Assembly (NCBI RefSeq): GCF_006345805.1
Contig: NC_043006.1
Coordinates: forward strand, 94,364,001-94,428,000
Reading direction: 5' to 3'
From: Octopus sinensis
Lineage: Eukaryota
Length of the DNA: 64,000 bases
Shown: positions 26,030 through 39,207 of the stretch, piece by piece
Position numbering within the stretch: position 1 is the first letter of the stretch
Layout of the letters: every line of letters starts with the position of its first letter
Notes under the pieces: model-generated
Told to the model about the DNA's origin: nothing
What the model saw: only the letters and a program-made list of their open reading frames with translations
Databases searched by the model: none
Made by a program: the position numbers and the translations under genes

Positions 26030-26335
26030 GGACAATATACTGTGATAGCCTGGGCTTCAGAGGCCCACAGCTCTTCAATATCCTCCCGAAGAACCTGAGG
26101 GACCTGCATGGGATGGATGCAGATGTCTTTAAAGTAGGACTGGATCTCTTCCTGTCAGGTGTCCCAGATGAACCAACTTCACGGCAGGAGGTGCAGATGA
26201 GGGCAGCTGCATCGAACTCTCTCATGCACCGAATGGCAGTTGCTAAAAAGCATTCGTGAAGTAAAATCATGTAGCAACACCAAAAGGCGGTGCCCCAGCA
26301 TGGCCACAGCTGAAACTAGATAAAATAAAATAAAT
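26030..26335 (+). mobile_element. CR1-clade LINE 3' fragment (RT C-terminus plus tail)
   Basis: Translates CDSLGFRGPQLFNILPKNLRDLHGMDADVFKVGLDLFLSGVPDEP...RAAASNSL; ends ggcggtgccccagcatggccacag...(taaaa)n. Confidence 0.85.
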
Positions 26336-26622
26336 ATGTATATATATATATATATATATATACATGCATACATACATACACATACATATATATAGATATA
26401 CACAGGCATATGTACATCCATGTTTATATATACACAACATATATATTATACAATGTTTGTGTGTGTGTGTGTGAAGAGACCGAGAGAGAGAGAGAGAGAG
26501 AAGAGAGACAATAAAATAAGGATATATTTAGAAACAGAACTGAATACTTAAGTATATTATGGAAGTTATCATGACGTTAATGCTATTACAGGAGACAAAA
26601 CAATGTCCACCCACACACTCAC

Positions 26623-26675
<53 letters not shown>

Positions 26676-27256
26676 CACTCACTCACTCTCTCACACACAC
26701 ACACAGACACACACACACACTAACACAGACAGAAAGACAGAAACAGACAAAAGAAATGAAATTTGAAAGTCATACCACAAACTAAATGAACCACGTTAAT
26801 GGTGGTGTAAAATAACTACTTCTTAACTTTATCTGATAAATACTTGTTGTGGTTATTTTGTTTTTGGGTGGTTTTTCGCCCTAAGTGAAATCTGATCGAA
26901 CGGAAGTAATGGGTCGAAAGGCCATTCTAGTTGAGAGAGACACTTTATTTTATTTTTTTAGCTGTATGTACGACTATTGTCACGTGACCAGCTGTGTTAC
27001 CAAGAAGTTCGTTTCACGAACATGCAGTTATGGTTTCATTCCTAGTATAAGTCATTCGGTTACAAATGGCCTTAGAGTTTCAGGGGCACCGATAATCTCT
27101 TTGTAAACATAAGGCGGCAAGCTGGAAAATTCGTTAACATGTTTCTTCACAATCCATTTTGAATTTTCCTTTGATTTAAAGTTTTTTAAAGAACGGTCTC
27201 AATGCTTCAATACATACATACATATATACATTTATATATATGAATATATATATATA

Positions 27257-27288
<32 letters not shown>

Positions 27289-27370
27289 AGTATATATATA
27301 TATATGTGTGGGTGTGTGTGTTGATGTATATATATATATATATAATAATATATATATATAATATATATAT

Positions 27371-27734
27371 ACTCGACTCCGTCGGTCATGAATGACTATG
27401 GATGCACCTAAGAGGTTCCTCTCTGGGGTACAAGCCTGGGTGGAAAGTTGCCTCACCGGCGAACGCACAACCCAGGGTTGTTTTTATGGAAGACCAGCGG
27501 TCGCTCATGCATATCAGCCTCTCCTTTCCACACCACCCATGTTGCCCAAAGGAAAGGCAAAGGGGCCGATACTGCATGGCAACAGTGACGACAACGCATT
27601 TCTACAGATGAGTGAACTGGAGCAACGCGAAATAAAGTGTCTTGCTCAAGACCAAGACAAGCAACTCGGTCCGAGAATCGAACTCACAACCTCACGATTG
27701 TAAGTTCGACGCTCTAACCTCTGAGCCATGCGCC
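27371..27734 (-). mobile_element. SINE family C-type head with a different 3' body
   Basis: Minus-strand head ggcgcatggctcagagg...gagttcgattctcgg...tcttgagcaagacactttatttc; the body differs from the 15318 copy. Confidence 0.75.
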
Positions 27735-28588
27735 TTCACTATATTTGTGTATATGTGTGTGTGGTGTGTGTGCGTGTATGTGTTTGTCCACCATCATTGC
27801 TTGACAACCGCTGTTGGTGTGTTTACGTCCCCGTAACTTAGTGGTTTGACAAAAGAGACCGATACAATAGGTACCAGGCTTGAAAAAGCATACTGGTGTC
27901 TAAGCATTCGACCGAAAATTCATCAAGACGACGCCCCAGCATGGCTGCTGCCCAATGAGTGGAGCAAGGACGAGGATAGATTAAAAGATTATGATAGTTG
28001 ATGACGTGACGGCGACTGCTGCGATGACGTTGCAGAGGAGGAGTAGGAGGGATTTGAACTCAAAACCTAAAGGAACCTAACTAAATACTTCAAAGCTCTT
28101 CCCTAATCACGCAATCCGTTCTTCCATAACTTTCACTAATTTGCCAATTCAGCCGCCTTAGCCACCCTCCTAGTTTCACATACACACACAAACCGCGAGT
28201 CTATTAATCGCTTGGATTATCTCAGTTAATCTCAGATTTATCCATTCCTGATATTACACGGTGTAACTCTGTAGTTCCGGGTTCAGTCCCACTGCGCGGC
28301 ACCTTGAGCAAGTGTCTTCTACTATATCTGTGGACTGACCAGTGTCCTATGAGTTGATTTGGGCGACGGAACCTGTTCGAAAGCTGAGTTTCTTTTATTT
28401 GTTTCAGTCGTTTCACTGCGGCCATGCTGGAACACCGACTTTTAGTCGAAGAAATTGACCCCAGCACTTATTCTTTGTAAACTTGGAAATTATTCTGTGG
28501 GTCTATTTTGCCCATTGGTTGTCAAGCAATGGTGGGAAGACAAACACACACACACATATAAGGTATATATATATATATATGTGTGTGT

Positions 28589-28637
<49 letters not shown>

Positions 28638-28670
28638 TACACTTCATTAAAAAGCAGCAAAAATTTCACA

Positions 28671-28712
28671 AAAACTGTTAGAGTTTCAAGTTCCCCTTCG
28701 TCGGACAGTTTT
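28671..28712 (-). ncRNA. Degenerate minimal hammerhead fold
   Basis: AAAACUGU-CCGACGA-AGG(GGAA)CUU-GAAAC-UC-UA-ACAGUUUU: 8-bp stem I intact, U4C in the core, stem III broken. Confidence 0.5.
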
Positions 28713-28925
28713 CTTTAGAATGTTTCGCATTTATGTGATTACTCTGGTATATATACATGACAGGCTTCTTTTAGTTTCCGTCTGCCAAATCCACTCAAAA
28801 AGCTTTGATCGGTCCGAGGCTATAGTAGAAGACACTTTCCCAAGGTGCCATGCTGTGGGACTCAACCCGTAACCATGTGGTTGGTTAGCAAGCTTCTTAC
28901 CACACAGCCGCGCCTGCACCTATTA

Positions 28926-29314
28926 TCTCTATCTCTATATATAAAGCTGAAGCAATCTGTGTATGTCAGGTTTGGTAGCCTTCAACTAACACTATCTCCT
29001 CCGAGACCCTGCGGCGCAAGTTGACCAAAATTGAGAGTATGATAGAAGGATTGCTCTTCCTTCCGTAGAAGAAAAAATTCAAATCGGACCATATTAAGAC
29101 CAAAAATTATTTACATCAAAAAGGTGCTTTTTTCTATGAAAACCCCATTTTTTACGATTTTTTTGACTGCTGTGTCGCCATTTTTCGGTGTATTTCAACC
29201 AGAAAAATGTTCACTTAAAGAGAATAACAAGCTACATAATGCCAAATTTTTACTTTTCAAAAATTCCAGTCTAAAGGTAGAAACAAACCCGAGCAACGCC
29301 GGGCGATACTGCTA

Positions 29315-29315
<1 letters not shown>
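28926..29315 (+). mobile_element. Non-autonomous Helitron, family H2
   Basis: A|TCTCTATCTCTATATATAAAG 5' end; CCCGAGCAACGCCGGG hairpin, then CTAG|T. Confidence 0.8.
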
Positions 29316-29363
<48 letters not shown>

Positions 29364-29648
29364 ATATATATATACATAACGATTCTGCCAGCATGCCGCC
29401 TATTTTAATAATATTGGTAATAGCAGTAAGAAGAAAAAGAAAGTTGTTAGCGTTTGACAATCACGCCATATGTGTCAAAAGATTATAGTATTTTTATTGA
29501 GGAAAGAATAACGGACTTTAATGCAGTTTCTAAGTGCAAGATGCCATAGTTTCGGGAGATAATCATGTCAATTATTGCTTTTTATTCTCTTTCATTTTTG
29601 CTTTTATCTTTTGTTTATTGTTTATTCCTCCACGCAATCGCCCGATTT

Positions 29649-29748
29649 NNNNNNNNNNNNNNNNNNNNNNNNNNNNNNNNNNNNNNNNNNNNNNNNNNNN
29701 NNNNNNNNNNNNNNNNNNNNNNNNNNNNNNNNNNNNNNNNNNNNNNNN
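29649..29748. other. Assembly gap (100 N)
   Basis: A run of exactly 100 N, typical placeholder for a gap of unknown size. Confidence 1.
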
Positions 29749-29851
29749 CTCGTTTATATGCTGTAATCTTTGCAACTTTTAATAAAACCTGTCCTTGTAT
29801 GAAACGATCGTACTAAAAACCTATCCATTCTTGTTGCTTCTTTCTCGCGTA

Positions 29852-29902
<51 letters not shown>

Positions 29903-29905
29903 TAT

Positions 29906-29944
<39 letters not shown>

Positions 29945-30182
29945 TATATAGATAGAATGATAGATAGATATGCATGTATGCATGTATGAGTGTATATGGC
30001 TTTCTTTCAGCTGATACCAACAACTTGCAAGAAGTATCATCTGGAAATGTTTAACATCTTTCAAAATTTTATATATATATACTCATATTCGTACCTGAAT
30101 GTGTGTGTAAGTCTGTGTATGTGGGTGTGCCTGAGAGAGAACGTGAGAGAGAGAGAGAGAGAGAGTGGGAGGGAGAGAGAAC

Positions 30183-30219
<37 letters not shown>

Positions 30220-30962
30220 TCTGCAGGTAAGAATGCATGCTATATGTATGTATTTAAATACAAACATGCGCGTGAGTATTTAACGAGCATTGCAGAATAA
30301 ATGGAGCACTTTTACAGTCTCGACCCCCGCTGTATTCAGAAACGACACGGTTTGTGCTATGAGGGATGATTTGGTGTGGTTTACTTAAAGGTACACTCTA
30401 CAACGCGTCCGTTAATTAACCTTACTTAGCATTACACAGAGAGACATGAAAGCCAATCAGCATATGGCTTGTTGAAGAAGCCCTGCATCTGCTTCTAATG
30501 CGTTTCATATCATATATGAACACGAATATCCTTATGTACACAAACATTCAACAGATGCTTTTTATACGTATATGAAGTTTCATCCAGCTGTACGTGTGGC
30601 GCATTAGAACCATATACGGACTTTTGTATTTACGTTCTTACAAACACACACACACACACACGCACGCGCCCGTGTGTGTGTGTGTATGTAAATATATATA
30701 ATACGTAAAGAAATAAGGATTTGGAATCCCGGCAAATACCTTATTAGAACGCTGATAAAATCCAGGTCCTGGCTAACCACGTCGAGTGATTGGAAACACA
30801 GAATTGCTTAAGATACACAATTACACGGTACTTCAATCCTGTGTTCTTGATGTTTTGCTTGTACATACATACATACATATTTATGTATATATGTACGCAT
30901 AAGTATATAAGTATATGTATGTATGAATATGTATGTATTCATACATACATTCATACATACAT

Positions 30963-31388
30963 GCAGGAGTGGCTGTGTGGTAAGTAGCTTGCTTACCAAC
31001 CACATGGTTCCAGGTTCAGTCCCACTGCGTGGCACCTTGGGCAAGTGTCTTCTACTATAGCCTCGGGCCGACCAAAGCCTTGTGAGTGGATTTGGTAGAC
31101 GGAAACTGAAAGAGGCCCGTCGTATATTTGTATATGTATATATATGTATGTATGTGTGTGTATATGTTTGTGTGTCTGTGTTTGTCCCCACAACATCGCT
31201 TGACAATCGATGCTGGTGTGTTCACGTCCCCGTAACATAGCGGTTCGGCAAAAGAGACCGATAGAATAAGTACTGGGCTTACAAAGAATAAGTCCTGGGG
31301 TCGATTTATTCGACTAAAGGCTGTGCTCCAGCATGGCCGCAGTCAAATGACTGAAACAAGTAAAAGAGTAAAAGAGAGAGTAAGAGTA
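30963..31388 (+). mobile_element. SINE family A, full-length reference copy
   Basis: A-box-like TGGCTGTGTGGT, B box GGTTCAGTCCC, internal microsatellite, tail gtgctccagcatggccgcagtcaaatgactgaaacaag(taaaaga)n. About 20 further partial copies occur in the window (e.g. ~27780, 28270, 28755, 36280, 36978, 47905, 48220, 54055, 55590, 56860, 57230, 59400). Confidence 0.92.
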
Positions 31389-31396
31389 TACATATA

Positions 31397-31427
<31 letters not shown>

Positions 31428-31503
31428 GTATATATATATGTGTGTGTGTATGTATATGTATATATATGTATATATATGTATATATATATGTATATATATA
31501 TAC

Positions 31504-31536
<33 letters not shown>

Positions 31537-31831
31537 CATATATATACATATATATACATATACATATACATATATATATATATATACATATATATGTCCA
31601 CACACAATAATATGTATTATATATTATGTGTATGTGTGTGTATTTATTTCAACATGAACTCCAATGGTCAACCTTGGGTTTTAGCAGAAGACACGTGATG
31701 AGCCTCGCAGTGCGACTGAACTGGAAACCTGATGGTTGTGAAACGAATTTTTTAACGTCAAAGCCAAGTCTAGAGTTAGTGACGTTGTTTGCGATAGGGA
31801 GTCAAAATGTAGATGTTGAGAATAGATGAGA

Positions 31832-31862
<31 letters not shown>

Positions 31863-32054
31863 TGTATGTATGTATGTATGTCTGTATGTATGTATGTCTG
31901 TATGTATGTATGTATGTATGTATGTATGTATGTATGTATGTATGCATGTATGTATGCATGTATGTATGTATGTATGTATGTATGTATTTATTTATCTATC
32001 TATATGTCTGTCTGTCTGTCTATCTATCTATATTATTCTTTTATTTGTTTAAAT

Positions 32055-32472
32055 AATTTGGCTGTGGCCATGCTGGAGCACCGCCTTTAGTCGAACAAAT
32101 CTTTGTAAGACTAGTACTTATTCTATCGGACCCTTTTACCGAACCGCTAAGTTACGAAGACGGAAACACACCAGCATCGGTTGTCAAGCGATGGTGGGGG
32201 TACAAACACAGATACACAAACTCACACACACGTAACGCGCACACGCACACACACACACATACACACACACACATACACACAAACATACACACACACACAC
32301 ACATACACACACATATATGACGGGCTTCTTTCACTTTCCGTCTACCAAATTCACTCACAAAGGTTTGGTCGGCCCAAGGCTATAGTAGAAGACACTCGCC
32401 CAAGGTGCCACGCAGTAGGACTGAACCCGGAACCATGTGGTTGGTAAGCAAGCAACTTACCACGTACCCACT
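32055..32472 (-). mobile_element. SINE family A
   Basis: Reverse complement of the 30963 copy. Confidence 0.9.
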
Positions 32473-32479
32473 GCTTATA

Positions 32480-33218
32480 TCTTTATATATATAAAACTGA
32501 GAATGTGTGTGTGTGTGTGGTGTCTGTATGTCTGTGTGTTTACCTAAAACTTGAGAACTACACAACCAATTTCATTCAAATTTTGCACATACCTTACTTA
32601 GAGTCCATGTAGTTTCATGGGGGAAAAAATGTTCAACTTCTTGCCTAGAGCGAGCCCATAGCAATATCATATCTTCTCCACTATTTCAGTATTACGTGTT
32701 AAAAGTGAAACGAAAATATTTTTCTATTTATGTCAGATACTTTCAATTTAACAATAAAAATAATAATAACAATTGAATTATATGTAGTAAGTAATAATTA
32801 AAATCAAGCTAAAGTATAATATAATCGTAACATAACAAAAATAAAAATAGCAATTGGTATAAAATTGCATCAATGATTTGAACTTGAATAAGTGGTTTCA
32901 CATGAATGGGAATAAATTAAAAATATAATTAGCATGCAGAAATGGAATAGTCCAGATGGATAATAAAAAATTAAATTAAAGAAAAGACTATTGTCTATAA
33001 AGTATACAATGTAGGGAAAAAAGAAGAGCTAACAATTCCAGTCTGTAATATATTTTGAGTATTGTCATCACTAGCGATATCAAGATATAACTTTGTATCT
33101 TGCATTTTATGTGTAGATGTATATATATATAGATGTACATGTAATATGTACACATATATATACACATATATACTTGCACTAGCACTATGACCCGGCAACG
33201 ACGGGTCTTTAATGCTAG
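32480..33218 (+). mobile_element. Non-autonomous Helitron, family H1
   Basis: A|TCTTTATATATATAAAACTGAG ... GACCCGGCAACGACGGGTC ... CTAG|T; aligns with 1748-2739. Confidence 0.8.
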
Positions 33219-33221
33219 TAT

Positions 33222-34203
33222 ATATATAAACTCGATGGCTGCAAAACTACGAACACAATTACAGAACAGAATTATAAAACACAGATTCATAAAGAGACAA
33301 ACTCTGTTTCCAATAACAACAACAGCAACAACAGCATCAAGAAACGTAACTCCGTCCATACGAATTTCCTCACCAGATCGAAAATTCATCAAATGGTGAC
33401 AACTCCTACTTTTTCATTTCAAAACCCTAACCCAGCAATCAAAAATTGCTGACGTGAATATTGGAAAAACAAACGAGAAAACCACACCAATAAAAAGAAA
33501 GAATACACACGAACAAGCGAAAACAAACTTCTTAAACATAACAATCCCCAAAACAGACGAAAATACCAAGATAGATGGTATAACCATCAGGCAAACCCTT
33601 CCGAGATAATGGAATGACTGAGAGACATGGTACCAATGGCTCGCTCCGTTTTTTTAGGGAACAAGATCTCTAGACAAAAACGAAAGAAAAGATTAATGAT
33701 ACAAAGAGTCGAGAAAATGCTGAACAAACCGACCCCAAAATAGTGAAAACCTCTCACAACGGAATCTTATGGAACGTGAAATAAGAATTCTACAATATGG
33801 TCTAACATTTACACCAGCTTCTAAATCCAACAAAACAGACCTTATAAAAGATACCGAGGAATTTTACAGAAAACCTCGCCTACGGGAATTCTTTCAAAAC
33901 ATTCACAACGATGATCCATGGCTTGTGAAGAACAAAACTAGTTTTAAACGTTCAATAAAGAGAAACAAACACATGGAAGAATATATAATTTGCCTGAAAA
34001 GGTCTGCAAGCTCAAACATTCCAGCAAACCTTGTAAAACAAAATATTACAGATGAGGAGCAAAAAGCATTACAATGTCTACAAGACAACTCATTTATGGT
34101 CATTAAAGTTGATAAAGGAGGAGCCATTGTAATAATGAACAAGACCCATTACAGTGAAATGGTCTTAGAACAACTTAATGACCAGCAATTCTACAGAAAT
34201 CAG
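33222..34203 (+). pseudogene. Penelope-like element (Neptune-like) ORF 5' fragment
   Basis: With one frameshift: IV-NLSQRNLMEREIRILQYGLTFTP...DTEEFYRKPRLREFF...NITDEEQKALQCL...VIKVDKGGAIVIMNKTHY...QLND..FY, the conserved PLE pre-RT block. Confidence 0.85.
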
Positions 34204-34545
34204 CATTGCTATCTAGGTTTTCTGTACGATCCACTTTGGGAGGTGGCTTAGGGAAGAAACTGTGGAACAGGAGGTTACGCAAGTTGTGGGATCGTTTGAA
34301 GGATGGAAGGGGTAGGTTGGGGAAGATGTGCGAGGTAGAGGAGTCGGACTGGAATTGCCGGAAGGCTCGCGGGGTCTAGGGTTAGCAGGTGAGGGGAAAA
34401 AGAGACGGGCAACGGCGAGGCGAGAGCGGGGAGAGAGAGCAGAGGCACTGTCCACGAACATGATCTGGCAAGGGCTGAGTGGATAGTGGTGAGGGGATAT
34501 CCACAAAGGATGAAGTGGTGAGCCATGAGTTGAGACTAAAACTCA
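34204..34545 (-). pseudogene. Penelope-like element thumb/linker fragment on the opposite strand
   Basis: Frameshifted HFILCGYPLTTIHSAL...RQFQSDSSTSHIFPNLPLPSFKRSHNLRNLL matches the PLE motifs F..RGYP and IF..P...F+R..NLR..LV. Confidence 0.65.
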
Positions 34546-34595
34546 AAGTCATGGTTGTCACTGCAAAGCCTGTACAAACACACATATATAAATGT

Positions 34596-34628
<33 letters not shown>

Positions 34629-35504
34629 ATTATATGCATATATACAAGTACACAAACACCCACACACACATATATATATGTTTGAGTATAAATGTGTGAG
34701 TGTGTGTGTCTTTGTAGTTGTCTCTCAATGCTTCCCAACCGGTGTTGGCTTGCTTACATCTCCATTAGCTAGCAGTCCGGTAAACAGTAAGTGGCAAAAT
34801 AGTAACAGGCTTTAAAATAAGTATTGTGGGTGACTTGTCCGATGAACCACTTCAAAGGGGTGCTCTAGCATGGGCGCAGACCTGTGACTATAAAGAATAA
34901 AGAAAATTCAAAGAGAAATCTAAGGAGAAAACTCCTTCAATTTTTAAGATTGTGAAATGTAATTTAAGGGAGACGTGGTTATTATTTTTAGCATGAGTTC
35001 ATTGGCTGTAATGGTGATAGAATTGTTTGTTTTAGCTCCAGGACAGACTTGACGATGTAGCACCTTTGATCAATAGCGTTTCATCCGTGACTATCATAAC
35101 ATTATTTTTAGACATATTATATTTATAACAGTCGTTGTCAAACGGTGCACGGCAAGAGTTATCTTGGTACGCTACTGACTTTTAAAAAATACAATTTGAA
35201 GCTTTACAAAATAATTCCATACGACTAATGCTGCTTGAGTGTGTTGAAAAATGAGTTTCTTTAGAATTTTGTTTTACACAAGTATGATAAATAAAATTAT
35301 GTAATAGTTCATTTTTTAATAATTTTTTTTCTAAGTTTTTTGACTTTTATACGTAATATTTTTTCTGTTTTTGTTTTTCTTATTGGCGCATATTCGTTAT
35401 TAGTAAATATTTCAAAATGAAACACAATGAATGAAAAAAATAAACGTGGCTGAATTGCATACATACATACATACGTTTAAATTTTATATATGTATATATA
35501 TCAT

Positions 35505-35558
<54 letters not shown>

Positions 35559-36481
35559 GTATTATTCGTTAAAATTCATACGAATGAATGTATAAATATA
35601 TTTTAGATAAGTACAGATGTGCGTATTTTTCCCCTTCCATTTTGTTTCATATTATATCGTGGTGCATAAAAAATCCACTTTAAAACAGTTTTAACTGGGG
35701 CATTTTCTTTCTTATTATGTCGTACACACATATACACATGCTTATAATCACAGACACACACACACGCACATATATATATGTATGTATGAGTGTATATAGA
35801 ATAAATGTATTTCTTATTAAAAATTCAGGTGTTGTATATATAGATCTATCTATATATATATTTGTACACATACATACCTGATACAATATTTTTTCATTCA
35901 TACTGTTTCATTTTGAAACGCGAGATAATAAGGAAGAAACGCATTTTTTAAAAACTTTCCATGAGAAGTGCGCCAGTAAAATTAAAGATTCTTTACAAAT
36001 TGCAGGAATTACTTTTTTTTTCTTTTTTTGATCTCTAGAGAACCAAGAATTCAAAAAGATTGTCAACCACAGATCTGCAGTGAAAAGATCGAATGCGGAC
36101 TCCGTTGGTTAAGACAGGCAGGTGTAATATCTGTTATAATTTCTCTGATTTTTTCCTTCTTTCAGTCATTGGACTGCGTCGTCCATCCCGGGGTACCACA
36201 CTGAAGAGGCCCCGATATGGATGCAGTCCAACATGTCGAACCCGGTACATATTTTATGGAAGTTTGGTATTTTTTACATTGATGTATGTAGTAAGAAATT
36301 TGCCTCCCAACCAAAAGGTTTCGCTCTCAGTCCCACTCCGTGACACCTTGGAGATGTGTCTTATACTATAGCCGCGCGCTAACAAAAGCTTTGTGGATTT
36401 CGTAGATGGGGGAAGCGGAAAGAAGCCCGTCATATATATATGTACACACCACACATACATAGATACACACACGCACATACA

Positions 36482-36517
<36 letters not shown>

Positions 36518-37966
36518 TGAAATATGATTAAGATTCAGCGGAATTAGATACTTAAATTGAGGCACCAAGCCAGTTCGGCATAGTCCGTAAAGCTCTAAGT
36601 TGGGTGAACAAAATGCAAATAAGTAACAAGGATGTCCAGGTATCGATGCACTACGGCCGTTTCAAGCGGCTCCATTTAATCAATCAACGAATACATTACA
36701 TCAATTTGAAAGAAACCGATTTCCTCAAAAGCAGATGACTATATAGATGGTCAACATAAAAGAGAAACCATTTTGAGCATTTATAGCAAATTTATATCGG
36801 TACTAGAAGCCAAAATAATTACATTATTTCCTTATGTTATATTTGTGGTGAAATGAGTTCAGAGAATAATGCATATCTCTTTCAGCCTTCTATAATTTAG
36901 AGAGTAGCAGAGGAAAATAGTGAGGGTCAAGATATAGGAGTGGTGAGATAGTTATTTATTTATATTTTTATTTAGGCGCAGGAGTGGCTGTGTGGTAAGT
37001 AGCTTGCTAACCAGCCACATGGTTCCGGGTTCAGTCCCACTGCGTTCGTAGCATCTTGTGAGTGGATTTGGTAGACGGAAACTGAAAGAAGCCTGTCGTA
37101 TATATGTATATATATATATGTATGTGTGTGTATGTGTTTGTGTGTCTGTGTTTGTCCCCCTAGCATTGCTTGACAACCGATGCTGGTTCTTTTAGACTGC
37201 AGACAGTGTATTTACAGTAAGGTCGTTTTTGAATGAATTTAGTATGTTCGGGTGGGTGCTGATGTACTGAATATAGACGTACAGAATGAATTAAGATCAG
37301 TGGGTACCCTGTTACCCAGTACATGAGGGCAAAAGAGGCAAGGATAAAATAGAGTGGTTGCGAGAATTTTTCTGTTACTCATTATCAGTTTGCCGCACCC
37401 CTCTGGTTTCTATTTTTACGTAAGATACTTCTTGCAACGTCTGTATTTCATTTATCTATACACCTGATTACACACCACACACAGGCACGTGCACACACAC
37501 ACGCGCGCGCGCGCGCAATTATATAGTTATATATATATGCTTATGAGGATATATATATATATACATTTATATAGATACATATATATATATATACATACAT
37601 ACATATATATATATATACATATACACACGCACACTCGCATATGTATATATACGTGTGTGTATATGTTTATATGTATGTATATGTCTCGATTAGACGAATT
37701 AATACGTGCCTAGTGAAGGTCATATGTGTCCAGTCTCAGCTAACACACACACACAGACACATTAACTGCTCCTATGATTTTGATTTTGATTTTGATTTTT
37801 CCAGTTTCAGCTTATGAGCTGTGGCCATGCTGGGGCACCGCCATTTATATATATATTATCCTTTTCCCAATTACTCTTCTACGTTCGTGTTATCGTGTTC
37901 GTGTTTATTTAGAGCAATACAGTTCTAAATGCATAAACTGTAATCTCAGTCAAGTCTTAGTTTAAA

Positions 37967-38360
37967 CTAGCAGTATCGCCCGGCGTTGCTCGGGTTTGTA
38001 AGGGAAATAACTATATAAGCATTTTTAGAGATGTAAAGTATAATAGCCATCTCAATATGGCTAACCACAAGGGGGGGGGTTACTGTAGCTTTTTACGTTC
38101 TGAGATTTAATAATAAATTTTTAGAGAGTTACTTCCCTTATATATGCCAAAAATGCATTAAAAATGGGAAAAATTGATGGTAAATTTTTTTAAAATCGTA
38201 GACTCATCGTAGACGCGCGCTAATACCCAGAAGGGCTCGATATGAATCACGACTATAAGATACCCGGTTTTGGTTAAACTGCACCGCAAAATGTGGGAGT
38301 AGTTAGGAATCTAAATCGTAGGAGAGAGACAGCACACAACCTCTCTTTTATATATAAAGA
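37967..38360 (-). mobile_element. Non-autonomous Helitron sharing the H2 3' terminus
   Basis: The 3' 31 bp (aaacccgagcaacgccgggcgatactgctag) are identical to the 28926 copy; A|TC 5' end; internal sequence differs. Confidence 0.8.
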
Positions 38361-38717
38361 TATACTTTACATAGATTATGTTCGAGGTTAGCAATAAACC
38401 ATCTAACTTTTTTTAGAACTTCTACATTCTTTTTACAGAAGTAAAATTTCCTTTTGAAAATCTGTTCGAATACAGAAGTACATATTGGAGAAAACGCCCC
38501 CCTGAGGATTGTTGGGAGTCATATATAGAATGAAACGAAAGTATTCGTTTTGATTTTTGTGGCATATTTAGAAAAAGAAGGTTGTTTTTCTTCTTTGTAT
38601 CCGAAGATATTGTTAGAACGTTTGCAACTGTTATTACAGTCCTGGTATGGCTACTCTAACTTCTTACTGAGCCCAAAATCAAAAGGGAATTGTGCACTTT
38701 CAATAGCATATTTGCAA

Positions 38718-39158
38718 GGCGCAGGACTTACTGTGTGGTAAGTAGCTTGCTTACCAACCACATGGTTCCGGGTTCAGTCCCACTGCGTGGCACCTTGGGC
38801 AAGTGTCTTCTGCTACAGCCCCGGGCCGACCAATGCCTTGTGAGTGGATTTGGTAGACGGAAACTGAAAGAAACCCGTCGTATATATGTGTGTGTCGTAT
38901 ATATGTATATATATATATATATGTGTGTGTGTGCGTGTGTATATGTTTGTGTGTCTGTGTTTGTCCCCCTAGCATTGCTTGACCACCGATGCTGGTGTGT
39001 TTACGTCCCCGTCACTTAGCGGTTCGGCAAAAGAGACCGATAGAATAAGTACTGGGCTTACAAAGAATAAGTCCCGGGGTCGATTTGCTAGACTAAAGGC
39101 GGTGCTCCAGCATGGTCGCAGTCAAATGACTGAAACAAGTAAAAGAGTAAAGAGTAAA
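38718..39158 (+). mobile_element. SINE family A, full-length
   Basis: Aligns with the 30963 copy. Confidence 0.92.
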
Positions 39159-39207
39159 GGGAGACTCTTACTTGTGCTAACATAATTTGCCAAACAAAGA
39201 TAGTACG

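Noticed and set aside
30963-31040. tRNA-like heads of SINE families A, B and C as tRNA genes
   Set aside because: A and B boxes are present, but there is no complete cloverleaf and each head continues into a SINE body.
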